Position numbers and translations under genes: made by a program. 64,000 bases of DNA from Acidobacteriota bacterium (GTDB taxonomy: Bacteria > Acidobacteriota > Polarisedimenticolia > JACPZX01): contig JACPZX010000067.1 in the NCBI GenBank assembly GCA_016195325.1, positions 15,559 to 79,558 on the forward strand. The letters are read 5' to 3'. Every line of letters starts with the position of its first letter. Within the stretch, counting starts at the first letter, position 1. Positions 29,535-38,607 of this stretch are shown here, one piece after another. Below the pieces are notes generated by a model, which saw nothing but the letters and a program-made list of their open reading frames with translations, did not search any database and was not told the DNA's origin.

Positions 29535-30560
29535 CTATTGGGGGGGAGTCACCAGGTACAGCCGGTGGATCAGATCGACGCCCATGTGGGTGAGGATGCC
29601 GCCCATGAGGTTGCCGGTCTTGAGGTAGCACCAGGCGTAGCAGAAGCCGGCGTACGTGGCGAGGACGACGTAGCGCATGTCGCCGTACGGAAAGTTGTTC
29701 AGGTGCGACAGGCCGAAGATGACCGATGAGGCGACGAGGGCCGGGTACGGGCCGTAGCGCCCCATCGTCCACTTCTGGAGGAGGTTGAAGATCACGCCGC
29801 GGAAGAGGATCTCCTCGGGGAGGGCGATGAAGAGCCCGATCGCCATCCCGCGAAAGACGATCCCGGTCCACGACACCCCCTTCGGCTCCCACACGACGAA
29901 ACCGGTGGCGATGCCGATGGGTATCGCGACGATCAGGAACGCCGACAGCGCAACGATCGCCGCCCCGAAGTCCTCGAAGCGGAACCTCCACCGATATCCG
30001 AGCCCCTCGAGCGGCCGGATGGCGACGTAACCCATCAGGAGCACCGAGAGGGAGAGGGTCTTGCCGATCAGATAGGAAGGATCCGCCGGGCCGTGCGACC
30101 AGAGGCCGTGGAGGAACCCGAGCTCGACCGGAAGCCACGCGCAGAGGACCGCGAGGACGTCGACCGCGTTCGGGGGCGGGCCGACGCGATCCGCCCATCT
30201 CAGGAATCCGGCGAGCGCCGCGCCGTAGAGGATGAGCCCGACGGCGGCCATCCACGACGCGGAGATGCCGCGGATGGAGACGAGCGCGACGATGGGAGGG
30301 AGGGTGACCGTGGCGAGGAGGAGCGCCGCCCCCACGGGCCCGGCGAGCCCGAGCTTCCGGTACATCGCGCCGATCTCGGGGTAGCCGCACCCCACGTAGG
30401 GGATGAGGAGGAGGATGAACGCGGTGTAGGGGGCCGCGATCTCCCCCGGGGAGATCGACCTCTCGAAGAGGTACCGCGCCGCCGCTCCGGCGACGACGAG
30501 GATGAAGATCCCGAGAGAGAGGATGGACCGCGCGCTCGGCGTGGCCGGCGGCGGCGTCAA
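29535..30560 (-). CDS. CPBP-family (CAAX) intramembrane metalloprotease
   Basis: EEILFRGVIFNLL...FGLSHLNN...H are the conserved CPBP motifs 1-3, in a multi-TM protein. The start is uncertain. TTG at 30560 is chosen, because the ORF-track ATG at 30701 adds an R/G-rich tail. Confidence 0.65.
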   Translation of the reverse strand: MTPPPATPSARSILSLGIFILVVAGAAARYLFERSISPGEIAAPYTAFILLLIPYVGCGYPEIGAMYRKLGLAGPVGAALLLATVTLPPIVALVSIRGISASWMAAVGLILYGAALAGFLRWADRVGPPPNAVDVLAVLCAWLPVELGFLHGLWSHGPADPSYLIGKTLSLSVLLMGYVAIRPLEGLGYRWRFRFEDFGAAIVALSAFLIVAIPIGIATGFVVWEPKGVSWTGIVFRGMAIGLFIALPEEILFRGVIFNLLQKWTMGRYGPYPALVASSVIFGLSHLNNFPYGDMRYVVLATYAGFCYAWCYLKTGNLMGGILTHMGVDLIHRLYLVTPPQ

Positions 30561-31798
30561 CGGAGACGGATCTCCGCGGCCGATCGGGACGCCATCGCGG
30601 CGACACGGTCCGCCGCGTCTCCCCCTTCCGCGAGGAGGACGACCGTCCCCTTCACGCGAAGCTCGGCCGGGCCACGCGCCGTGTTCCTGGCGCCCAGCCA
30701 TCTCCTCGCCGCCGCGGCGAACTCCTCGGCGTCCTCTGCGGTGTCCCAGACGCTCACCCAGTTAAGATGTGCGGCGCCTCCCGCGCGCGCCAGCGCGAAC
30801 CGGTCGCCGTCCCATCCGGCCGCCGCCGCGGACCCGGGCGCCCCCCCTCCGAGGAGGAACCGGATCGCGAACTCCCCCATCGATCCCGACTTCACGACCT
30901 CGGCCCCGCGGGGGAGGCCGGCGCTCGCGAGCGACTCGTCGATCGACGACGGGACGTCGCGCGGCGCGATCGACTTCGCGGGGTGGAGGATCTGCTCGCT
31001 CGATTCGGGAGGCTCCTTGAAGTACGCGTCGAGGGCCCGAAGCCCTCCCCCCTGCTTCATGATCTCGGCGGCCCAGGTCATTCCCGACACGTAAGGGAAC
31101 ATCAGGAGATCGCGGAGGAAGGGGGGCGCCTCGTCCAGACCCTTCGACGAGGCCTTCATCGCCGCCTCGCCGTCCGCCCCGCCGAGGGCGGCGACGTCGG
31201 GGTCTCTGGCGTGCTCCATCGCCCACAGCGTCATGACCATCGTCGCCTCCCCTTCCACCAGGGAGGAGAGGGCGAGCGCGCGATCGTCGTCGTCCCTCAC
31301 CCCCCTCTCGAGGGCGTCCAGATCGAAGGCCTGATCCATCAGGGCGTGCGCCAGCTCGTGCGCGAGGGGAACGGCCCCCGAGAGCGGCCCCTCGACGACG
31401 TAGAGGGTGCGGGTGGGCGGGTCGTAGAGGCCGGCGACCTGCGCCTCCATCAGGTTCAGATAGATCGCCTCGAGGTCCTGGTCCGGCCCGAGGAGCCCGA
31501 AGTACCGGAGCGACTCCTGCTCGTCGACGAGCCGGTGGCCGGGGTACTCGTCGTGCAGAAGATCCCGCACGTACGCCCGCGCCCCTGCGTGGGTCAGCGC
31601 GGCGGTCGTGACGTCGCGCTCGAACGGGATACCGCGAAGCTTCGCGAGAGACGACTCGATCGCGACGAGCGCGCTCCCGAGAGCCGGGTCGAGGGGCCCG
31701 CCACGCCGGGCGGTCTCCCCCCCGCGCGCGACGGGAATCGTCGCCGCGCCCGCCGCGAGAATCGCGAGAATGGCGGCGATTGCCCGGGGCCGCCTCAT
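30557..31798 (-). CDS. secreted putative zinc metallopeptidase (HExxH)
   Basis: 413 aa from MRRPRAIAAILAILAAGAATIPVARG (signal peptide). PLAHELAHALMDQ contains an HExxH motif. It overlaps its neighbours by 4 nt. Confidence 0.5.
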   Translation of the reverse strand: MRRPRAIAAILAILAAGAATIPVARGGETARRGGPLDPALGSALVAIESSLAKLRGIPFERDVTTAALTHAGARAYVRDLLHDEYPGHRLVDEQESLRYFGLLGPDQDLEAIYLNLMEAQVAGLYDPPTRTLYVVEGPLSGAVPLAHELAHALMDQAFDLDALERGVRDDDDRALALSSLVEGEATMVMTLWAMEHARDPDVAALGGADGEAAMKASSKGLDEAPPFLRDLLMFPYVSGMTWAAEIMKQGGGLRALDAYFKEPPESSEQILHPAKSIAPRDVPSSIDESLASAGLPRGAEVVKSGSMGEFAIRFLLGGGAPGSAAAAGWDGDRFALARAGGAAHLNWVSVWDTAEDAEEFAAAARRWLGARNTARGPAELRVKGTVVLLAEGGDAADRVAAMASRSAAEIRLR

Positions 31799-32820
31799 GC
31801 GCCGCGCTTCACGATCCGGCGCCACCGCTCGACCGCGCGCGCGTGCTCCTCGAGGGTTTCCGAGAAGTGGTGGCCGCCGCTCCCGTCCGCGACGAAGTAG
31901 CGGGCGCGCGAGTCGGCCGGATGGAGCGCGGCCTCGAGCGACGCGCGTCCCGGCGATGCGATGGGGCCCGGCGGGAGCCCCGGGGAGACGTAGGTGTTGT
32001 ACGGGGAGGCGAACGAGAGATCGGACGTCGTGAGCGTTCCGCGGTAGCGCCCCGACGAAACGAGGGCGTAGATGACCGTGGGATCGCACTGGAGGAGCAT
32101 CCCGGCGCGAAGCCGGTTGTGGAAGACCGCGGACACGAGCCCGCGCTCCGCCGGGAGCGACGTCTCTTTCTCGATGAGCGAGGCGAGCGTGACGGCCTGT
32201 CTCACCGTCATCCCGAGCTCCCCCGCGCGCGCGCGCATCGACGCGTCGAACGCCCCCTTGAACCGCCCCACCATCTCGGCGACGATGCGCGAGGCCGGCG
32301 TGCCGCGCGCGAACCGGTACGTCTCCGGGAAGAGATACCCCTCGAGGTCCGCGGCCTTCGGATCGAGATCCCGGATCGCCGCCGGGTCGCGGAGCGCGGC
32401 CTCAAGGTCCCGCACCGACGCGAGGCGCGCTTCGGCGACGCGCGCGAGAGCCTCGGCGCCGGTGAGCCCCTCCGGGATCGTCACGCGGTGGAGCAGGACG
32501 TCGCCGCGCACGAGCCGGTCGATCACCTGAGAGGTCGTCTGCGGGCGATCGAAGAGGTACTCGCCGGCCTGGAGCTTCGAGGAGACGCCGTGCCAGCGCG
32601 CGAGCCAGCGGAAGGTCAGCGGGCTGCGGATGACCCGCGCGTCGCCGAGAGCGGAGGCGACGCTCGCGGGGGACGAGCCCGCAGGGATCACGACGATCGC
32701 CGAGCCCCCCTGGTAGCCGGCGTACTGGGTGTCGAACCTCGCGAAGGCGCCGCCCAGCGCCCACGCGGCCACGCCGATGAGGAGGACGAAGAGGAGCTGC
32801 TCGCGGCGGCTGAGCTTCAT
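31795..32820 (-). CDS. mltG: endolytic murein transglycosylase MltG (YceG-like)
   Basis: 341 aa. N-terminal TM, then the YceG fold with LASLIEKET...FHNRL...DPTVIYAL and the catalytic Glu region. Confidence 0.85.
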   Translation of the reverse strand: MKLSRREQLLFVLLIGVAAWALGGAFARFDTQYAGYQGGSAIVVIPAGSSPASVASALGDARVIRSPLTFRWLARWHGVSSKLQAGEYLFDRPQTTSQVIDRLVRGDVLLHRVTIPEGLTGAEALARVAEARLASVRDLEAALRDPAAIRDLDPKAADLEGYLFPETYRFARGTPASRIVAEMVGRFKGAFDASMRARAGELGMTVRQAVTLASLIEKETSLPAERGLVSAVFHNRLRAGMLLQCDPTVIYALVSSGRYRGTLTTSDLSFASPYNTYVSPGLPPGPIASPGRASLEAALHPADSRARYFVADGSGGHHFSETLEEHARAVERWRRIVKRGA

Positions 32821-33293
32821 CCCCCTCCCTCCTCGGGATCGCGCGCGTCCCGGGACGCGACGGGGGGCGCGGGCGAGGGCGGCGCCCCCGCGTCGAGATA
32901 CCCCTGGAGGAGGACGGCCGCCGCCACCTGATCGACGATCTCGCGGCGCCGCTCGCGGCGCACCCCCGACTCGATGAGCGAGCGCTCGGCCGCGGCCGTG
33001 GTCAATCGCTCGTCCCAGGTGATGACGGGAAGCCCCGTCGCGACGCGGATCGCCTCGGCGAGACGGCGCGCGTCGACGCTCGACGCCTGCTCGCCTCCGG
33101 CCATGGAGAGGGGAAGGCCCACGACGATGCGATCGACGCCGGACTCGCGCGCGAGGTCGCGGATCGCCTCGGCCGTCCCGCGATCCCCGCGGCGCGGGAT
33201 GGTGGCGGCGGGGCGCGCCATCACGCCGAGCTCGTCCGAGAGAGCGATCCCGACGCGGACCGTGCCGGCGTCCACGCCCATCAGGCGACCCAT
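32817..33293 (-). CDS. ruvX: Holliday-junction resolvase-like RuvX (YqgF)
   Basis: 158 aa. MGVDAGTVRVGIALSDELGVMARP...DRIVVGLPLSMAGGE is the YqgF/RuvX signature. Confidence 0.85.
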   Translation of the reverse strand: MGRLMGVDAGTVRVGIALSDELGVMARPAATIPRRGDRGTAEAIRDLARESGVDRIVVGLPLSMAGGEQASSVDARRLAEAIRVATGLPVITWDERLTTAAAERSLIESGVRRERRREIVDQVAAAVLLQGYLDAGAPPSPAPPVASRDARDPEEGGG

Positions 33294-33349
33294 GCGGCGC
33301 ACTATAGGCCAGCCGCGCGCGGATGTGGGCGGGATAGTGAAGGGCGATC

Positions 33350-34822
33350 TCAGTGCTTGATCTGCTCCCAGTACTTGTAGAAGGAGAACTCGGGCGAGTT
33401 CTCGCGCGTGTGGCAGGCGTAACAGACGCGCGGGGCGACGCGCCCGTACCCCTGCCTCGAAGTGTCCTGGATGTGCGCGCCGGCGATGCCGTGGCACGCC
33501 TCGCACTGGACGTTGGCGAGGGCGGGGGTGGCCGTGTTCGTCTGGAATCCTTCGGCGGTGCCGTAGCCCGTCACGTGGCACTTCACGCACTCGGGGTTGA
33601 AGTCCTGCGTGGCCTTCACGAGCGTCTGCATGGCGCTCGCGTGACGGCTCTCCGTCCACACTCGATAGGCGTCGTGGTGACAGTCCTTGCAGGCGGCGGT
33701 GCCGAGGTACTTGCGGGCCGCCGTCGGCGACTCGGGGGGCGGAAGCGCCAGCCGCGCCGACGCGGCCGACGGGGCCGGCGCGCTCGCCGCGGCCGCGTTC
33801 CTCATGGCGTCGTTCACGCGCACGAGCGTCGACTGGACCATCTCCTGGAGCTTCGGCTCCTCGGGGAAGCGCTTCGTGAGGTGAATGACGCTCGCCCGGA
33901 GCTGCTTGATCTTCGTGCCGTCGAGGTAGACGCGGATCTCTCCGAGCCGCTTCCCCTCGTTCCCCGGGTAGAAGACCTTGATGCCGCCGATCTCCTCGAT
34001 CTCGGTCATCGTCAGGCGATCGCCGAACCCCGCCGCCGCGATCTGGATGCTCCCCCCCGCGGCCTGGGCCACCCTGAGGAGATCCTGCGGGCTCAGATTG
34101 GCGAGGAGGACGACGAGATCCGCCTTTCCGTTCAGCTCGGCCGTGAAGCGCCGGGCCTGATCGGCCGGGTCGCGGCTGACGACGATCCGGCCGTCCGTCG
34201 CCGTGCGGGCGAGGAGCGAGTTGTACTGCGAGAGGGCGAGGAAGGCGACGCGGATCGATTTCCCGGACGGCAGATCGAAGGACTTCACGACGTACGGAGG
34301 AAGGAATGTCCTCTCGCTCCCGCGCATCGTGTACGTGGCGCTGATCGCCGGGAACGGGGCCTTCCCGAAGAGATCCGCGTAGGCGTCGAGGCCGCCGGCC
34401 AGCTCGCTGTCGCCGATGCCGACGACGTCGTAGTTCATCCGGGTGAGGCCGTCGACGTAGGCTCCCGTCTTGATCTTCCCCGCCTCGTCGAAGGTCGACG
34501 CGAAATCGCCGAGCTCCATCATGACGACGCGCGACTGCGGAAAGGTCTTCTTGAGAAGGTCTATGTAGCCGGCCCGACGGGCCAGTCCCCCCGCGGGGTT
34601 GTGCGGTCACCCACAGGGCTCGATGTACCCGGCGACCTTCGCCGTGAACTCAAGGATGAGGTCGGGGGTGTCCCCGGGAATGACGAGCGGCCCTTCATCG
34701 GCGCCGAGGAGCACGGGCTGCGCGGGCTGTGAGGGCTGGGTCGAGGGGTCCTGGGCCGAGGCGGCGGTCACCGCGAGGAAGAGCGCGACGACGGCGAGCG
34801 TGAGGACGAGTCTGCGCATCAT
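33350..34822 (-). pseudogene. secreted 5'-nucleotidase-like (degenerate metallophosphoesterase) + tetrahaem cytochrome c fusion, interrupted by one in-frame TGA (34607-34609): selenoprotein candidate or pseudogene
   Basis: Signal peptide MMRRLVLTLAVVALFLAVTAASAQ...ILEFTAKVAGYIEPCG-TGA-PHNPAGGLARRAGYIDLLKK...MELGDF...MNYDVVGIGDSELAGG...PFPAISATY aligns with UshA motifs NDHHGH / GGYAAQ / LLSGGD / MNLVGYDAMAIGNHEFD / FPLLSANI. The C-terminal domain has four CxxCH motifs (CKDCHH, CVKCH, CEACH, CYACH). The segments 34607-34822 and 33350-34522 are in the same frame. Confidence 0.55.
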
Positions 34823-34898
34823 GGAGGCGTGATTATAGGAACGCGCCGCCTGGGGCGCAAACGCGGCGGCCGCCGAGGCCTGTGTTAGGCTCGGCGCC

Positions 34899-35486
34899 GT
34901 GCGCCCCGACGCCCGCATCATCCTCGCCTCCCGCTCTCCGCGCCGGAAGGATCTTCTGCGGGTGATCGTCTCCCGCTTCGCCGTCCGCCCCGCGCACGTC
35001 GACGAGACGCCGCTCCCCCACGAGACGCCCGAGTCGCTCGCGACGCGCCTCGCGAAGGACAAGGCCCTCGCCATCGCCCGCGCCCTGAATCCCGGCCTCG
35101 CCCGCTCCCGCGCCGTCGTGATCGGCTCCGACACGATCGTCGCGCTCGGCGACCTCGTCCTGGGAAAGCCCGGGGACGATTCCGAAGCCCGGCGCATGCT
35201 GAGGCTTCTCTCGGGACGGACGCACCGCGTCGTCACCGGCGTGGCGGTGTGGTCCGGCGCGGAGAGGAAGGTCCGGGCCGGACGGCGCGTGACGCGCGTC
35301 GTCTTCCGCAAGCTTTCGGCGGCCGAGATCCGCGACTACGTCGCGACCGGGGAGCCGGCCGACGCCGCCGGCGCCTACCAGATCCAGGGAGGCGCGGCCC
35401 GCTTCGTCCTCCGCGTCGACGGATCGTACTCGAACGTCGTCGGGCTCCCGCTCGATCTCACGGCGCGGCTCCTCGCGCGGTCTTGA
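34899..35486 (+). CDS. maf: Maf-like nucleoside-triphosphate pyrophosphatase
   Basis: GTG start. ILASRSPRRKDLL...VIGSDTIV...YSNVVGLPL are Maf/YhdE motifs. Confidence 0.85.
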   Translation: MRPDARIILASRSPRRKDLLRVIVSRFAVRPAHVDETPLPHETPESLATRLAKDKALAIARALNPGLARSRAVVIGSDTIVALGDLVLGKPGDDSEARRMLRLLSGRTHRVVTGVAVWSGAERKVRAGRRVTRVVFRKLSAAEIRDYVATGEPADAAGAYQIQGGAARFVLRVDGSYSNVVGLPLDLTARLLARS

Positions 35487-35552
35487 CTCGCCCCGGGCCG
35501 AATGCTCTTCTGACCGCGCCTTGAACGCCCTGGGGACCCTGGAGGCCCGCGC

Positions 35553-37055
35553 ATGGCGAAGAGCAACCTGTTCGCGACCAAGCCCCTGAAGATGATCCTC
35601 GCCGAGATGGAGGGGGGCCAGCGCCTCCGCCGCGTCCTCGGGCCCGTCACGCTGACGGCCCTCGGGATCGGCGCCATCATCGGCGCCGGCATCTTCGTGA
35701 CGACCGGCGCGATCGCGAAGGAGACGGCCGGACCCGCGCTGATGCTCTCGTACGTGACCGCCGGATGCGTCTGCATCTTCGCGGCCCTGTGCTACGCCGA
35801 GTTCGCCTCGATGGTGCCCGTCGCGGGATCGGCCTACACCTACGCCTACGCGACGCTCGGCGAGCTCTTCGCCTGGATCATCGGCTGGGACCTCGTCCTC
35901 GAGTACGCGGTCGGCGCCGCCACGGTCGCGAACGGCTGGTCGGGGTATTTCCAATCGGTCCTGGGGATCTTCGGCATCAAGATCCCGCACGCGGTCGCCG
36001 GCCCGATGTGGAACTACGACCCTTCGATCGGGCACTTCGTGTCGACCGGCTCGTGGATCAATTTACCGGCGGTCCTGATCGTCGCCGCGATGACGATCGT
36101 CCTGGTGGTGGGGATCAAGGAGAGCGCGAACTTCAACGCGGTGATGGTCTTCATCAAGCTCTTCTGCGTCCTCTTCGTCATCGGCGTGGGCGCCTTCTTC
36201 GTCAAGCCCGAGAACTGGCATCCCTTCGCCCCCTACGGATTCACGGGCCTCAAGCTCTTCGGCCACGTCTTCGGCCAGGCCGACGCGGGCGGAAAGCCGA
36301 TGGGAATGCTCGCGGGGGCGGCCCTCGCCTTCTTCGCCTACATCGGCTTCGACGCCGTCTCGACGCAGGCCGAAGAAGCCAAGAAGCCCCAGCGCGACGT
36401 GCCGATCGCCATCATCGCGTCGCTCCTCATCTGCACCGTCCTCTACATCGCCGTGGTCGCCGTGATGACGGGGATGGTCAATTACAAAGACCTCGACATC
36501 AGCGCGCCGATCGCCGACGCCTTCGCGAAGGTGAACCTCCCGTGGGCGCAGTTCCTGATCGCGGTCGGGGGGGTCGCGGGGATAAGCTCGGTGCTCCTCG
36601 TCATGATGCTGAGCCAGCCGCGCATCCTCCTCGCGATGTCGCGCGACGGGCTGCTGCCGAAGGGGTTCTTCGCCGCCGTCCACCCGAAGTTCCTCACGCC
36701 GTGGAAATCCTCGATCCTCACAGGGCTCTTCGTCGGGTCTTTGTCGGCGTTCCTTCCGATCGACGTGCTGCTGATGCTCGTCAACATGGGGACGCTCCTC
36801 GCGTTCATGATCGTCTGCGCTGCGGTGCTGATCATGCGGCGGACGCACCCCGAGGCGGAGCGGCCGTTCCGGGCTCCTCTCGTCCCCTTCGTGCCCGTCA
36901 TGGGGATCCTGAGCTGCTTTCTCCTGATGGTCTCGCTGCCGTCCGAGAACTGGCTGCGACTCTTCGTGTGGCTGGGGCTGGGGCTGATGATCTACTTCGG
37001 CTACGGCAGGCACCACAGCGTGCTGGCGGTGGGAAGGGCGGCGGGGAAGAAGTAG
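35553..37055 (+). CDS. APC-superfamily amino-acid permease (cationic amino acid transporter-like)
   Basis: 500 aa. LTALGIGAIIGAGIFVTTG matches the APC signature. 12-14 TM helices. Confidence 0.85.
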   Translation: MAKSNLFATKPLKMILAEMEGGQRLRRVLGPVTLTALGIGAIIGAGIFVTTGAIAKETAGPALMLSYVTAGCVCIFAALCYAEFASMVPVAGSAYTYAYATLGELFAWIIGWDLVLEYAVGAATVANGWSGYFQSVLGIFGIKIPHAVAGPMWNYDPSIGHFVSTGSWINLPAVLIVAAMTIVLVVGIKESANFNAVMVFIKLFCVLFVIGVGAFFVKPENWHPFAPYGFTGLKLFGHVFGQADAGGKPMGMLAGAALAFFAYIGFDAVSTQAEEAKKPQRDVPIAIIASLLICTVLYIAVVAVMTGMVNYKDLDISAPIADAFAKVNLPWAQFLIAVGGVAGISSVLLVMMLSQPRILLAMSRDGLLPKGFFAAVHPKFLTPWKSSILTGLFVGSLSAFLPIDVLLMLVNMGTLLAFMIVCAAVLIMRRTHPEAERPFRAPLVPFVPVMGILSCFLLMVSLPSENWLRLFVWLGLGLMIYFGYGRHHSVLAVGRAAGKK

Positions 37056-37070
37056 ATCGGCCGGACTCTT

Positions 37071-37823
37071 CTACTCCTCGAACGCCTTCCGCAGCTCCCG
37101 CAGCTCGGGTGCGTTGAGGTCGGAGACGGCCGAGTAGAGCATCCCCGCGCGGCTCCAGCGCAGCAGGTTGTAGCCGCGGAGGCTCGTCTCCACACCCCTC
37201 GCCCCTTCCCCGCCGGCCGACGGCCAGATGAAAAGATTGATGACGTGCTTGCGCCGCCCGTAGACGAGGGCCGCCACAGGCCTGCCGTCCAGGTAATCCA
37301 GCCTCCCGCCGATCAGCGTGAACCCCACTCCCGAAAGACCCCGGACATCCGGCGAGAAGTCGATCCGACCGGCGAAGGCCGGCTTGACGGTGTGCTGATC
37401 GGAGGAGGGGAAATCCATCAGGTGGTTCCCCATCAGTGATCGGAGGTGGGCCGAGACGATCTCCTGGTTCAGGAGATCTCCCGGCGAGGGGGTTTTCGAG
37501 AGCGCCACCAGGGCCCAGGTCAGGATCGCCAGCGGCGCGACGGAAGCCGCGACAGCGGCCCACCGCCAGGAAGGAAGCCACCCCGTGGCGCGTCCCTTCG
37601 CCTCCTTCCGCACCGCCGACCGGACGCGCGCGGCGAGGCGTGGGGGGACGTCGTAGTGGAGGGAGGCGCCGGCGAGGGCGGATCGCAGGGCCCGGTGTCT
37701 CTCGAGCACCGCCGCGCACGCCTCGCAGCCGGCGAGGTGCCGCTCGATCTCGAGGCTCGATCCGAGATCGAGCTCGCCGTCCCCGTACGCCTCGATGAGG
37801 TCTTTCGTCTTCGGGCAGGCCAC
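37071..37823 (-). CDS. anti-sigma factor (zf-HC2, single TM, periplasmic domain)
   Basis: The N-terminus has HLAGCEACAAVLERH, an HxxxCxxC zinc finger. TM is WRWAAVAASVAPLAILTWALVAL. It lies directly downstream of the ECF sigma gene. Confidence 0.8.
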   Translation of the reverse strand: MACPKTKDLIEAYGDGELDLGSSLEIERHLAGCEACAAVLERHRALRSALAGASLHYDVPPRLAARVRSAVRKEAKGRATGWLPSWRWAAVAASVAPLAILTWALVALSKTPSPGDLLNQEIVSAHLRSLMGNHLMDFPSSDQHTVKPAFAGRIDFSPDVRGLSGVGFTLIGGRLDYLDGRPVAALVYGRRKHVINLFIWPSAGGEGARGVETSLRGYNLLRWSRAGMLYSAVSDLNAPELRELRKAFEE

Positions 37824-37824
37824 C

Positions 37825-38349
37825 TCAATCCTCCTTCGAACCGCGATCGGTAAGGATCTGCCGCAGCCTCTGCCGGGCGCGGGCCAGGCGCGACATGACG
37901 GTGCCGATCGGCAGGCCGCTGACGTCGGCGATCTCCTTGTAGCTCAGCCCCTCGAGCTCCCGGAGGACCAGCGCCTCGCGGAACTCGACGGGAAGGCTCT
38001 CGAGCGCCGCGAAGAGCTCCTGCCGCGTCGCGCGCCGGAGCAGCTCGAGTTCGGGGCCCGGGCCGGCGTCCTCGACGTCGTGAAGGTTCGCGTCGAAAGC
38101 GGTGGTCAGCTCCTCCCCCCGCGATCTCTCGAGCCAGGAGTACCCGGTGTTCCGGACGATGGTCAGGAACCAGGCCTTGCTGTTGCCGCCCCGGAATCCG
38201 CCGAAGAATCGGACGGCGCGGACGTAGGCCTCCTGGACCACGTCCTCGGCATCCTGATCGCTCCGGGTCAGCCAGCGCGCGAGGTTGTAGGCGGCGCTCA
38301 TGTGGGGCAGGAGCGTGCGCTCGAACCGTTCCAGCTCGGTCGGGTCCAT
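37825..38349 (-). CDS. ECF (sigma-70 group IV) sigma factor
   Basis: 174 aa. Region 2 is DAEDVVQEAYVRAVR. Region 4 is LPVEFREALVLRELEGLSYKEIADVSGLPIGTVMSRLARARQRL. Confidence 0.85.
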   Translation of the reverse strand: MDPTELERFERTLLPHMSAAYNLARWLTRSDQDAEDVVQEAYVRAVRFFGGFRGGNSKAWFLTIVRNTGYSWLERSRGEELTTAFDANLHDVEDAGPGPELELLRRATRQELFAALESLPVEFREALVLRELEGLSYKEIADVSGLPIGTVMSRLARARQRLRQILTDRGSKED

Positions 38350-38607
38350 GGAGCGATGGGACCTCGCATCCGGCTCGGCGTGCGCCTGGGTCCGTGAGGG
38401 ACGCGGCGCCCGTCGGGCGGGCGGAAACGGTATCACACGCCGGGCGGGTCCCATCCTGTCGATTCCTCGCTCCTCTCCTCCAGGTAAGACCGCCGATCGC
38501 GGTTCGTTATTCCCGGAGTTGCGTCGGGAGCGGGCCCGGGATTAAACGCGAGGCGATCCCGGTCCTTGCGGGTGTGTCCCGTAACCACACTCCATGGAGG
38601 TGCTCAG

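Noticed and set aside
34607-34822. Treating the 72-aa signal-peptide ORF and the cytochrome ORF as two independent genes
   Set aside because: They share a frame and together form one continuous 5'-nucleotidase-like fold alignment. The downstream part lacks its own start context and signal peptide, which a c-type cytochrome needs. A single interrupted gene is more parsimonious.
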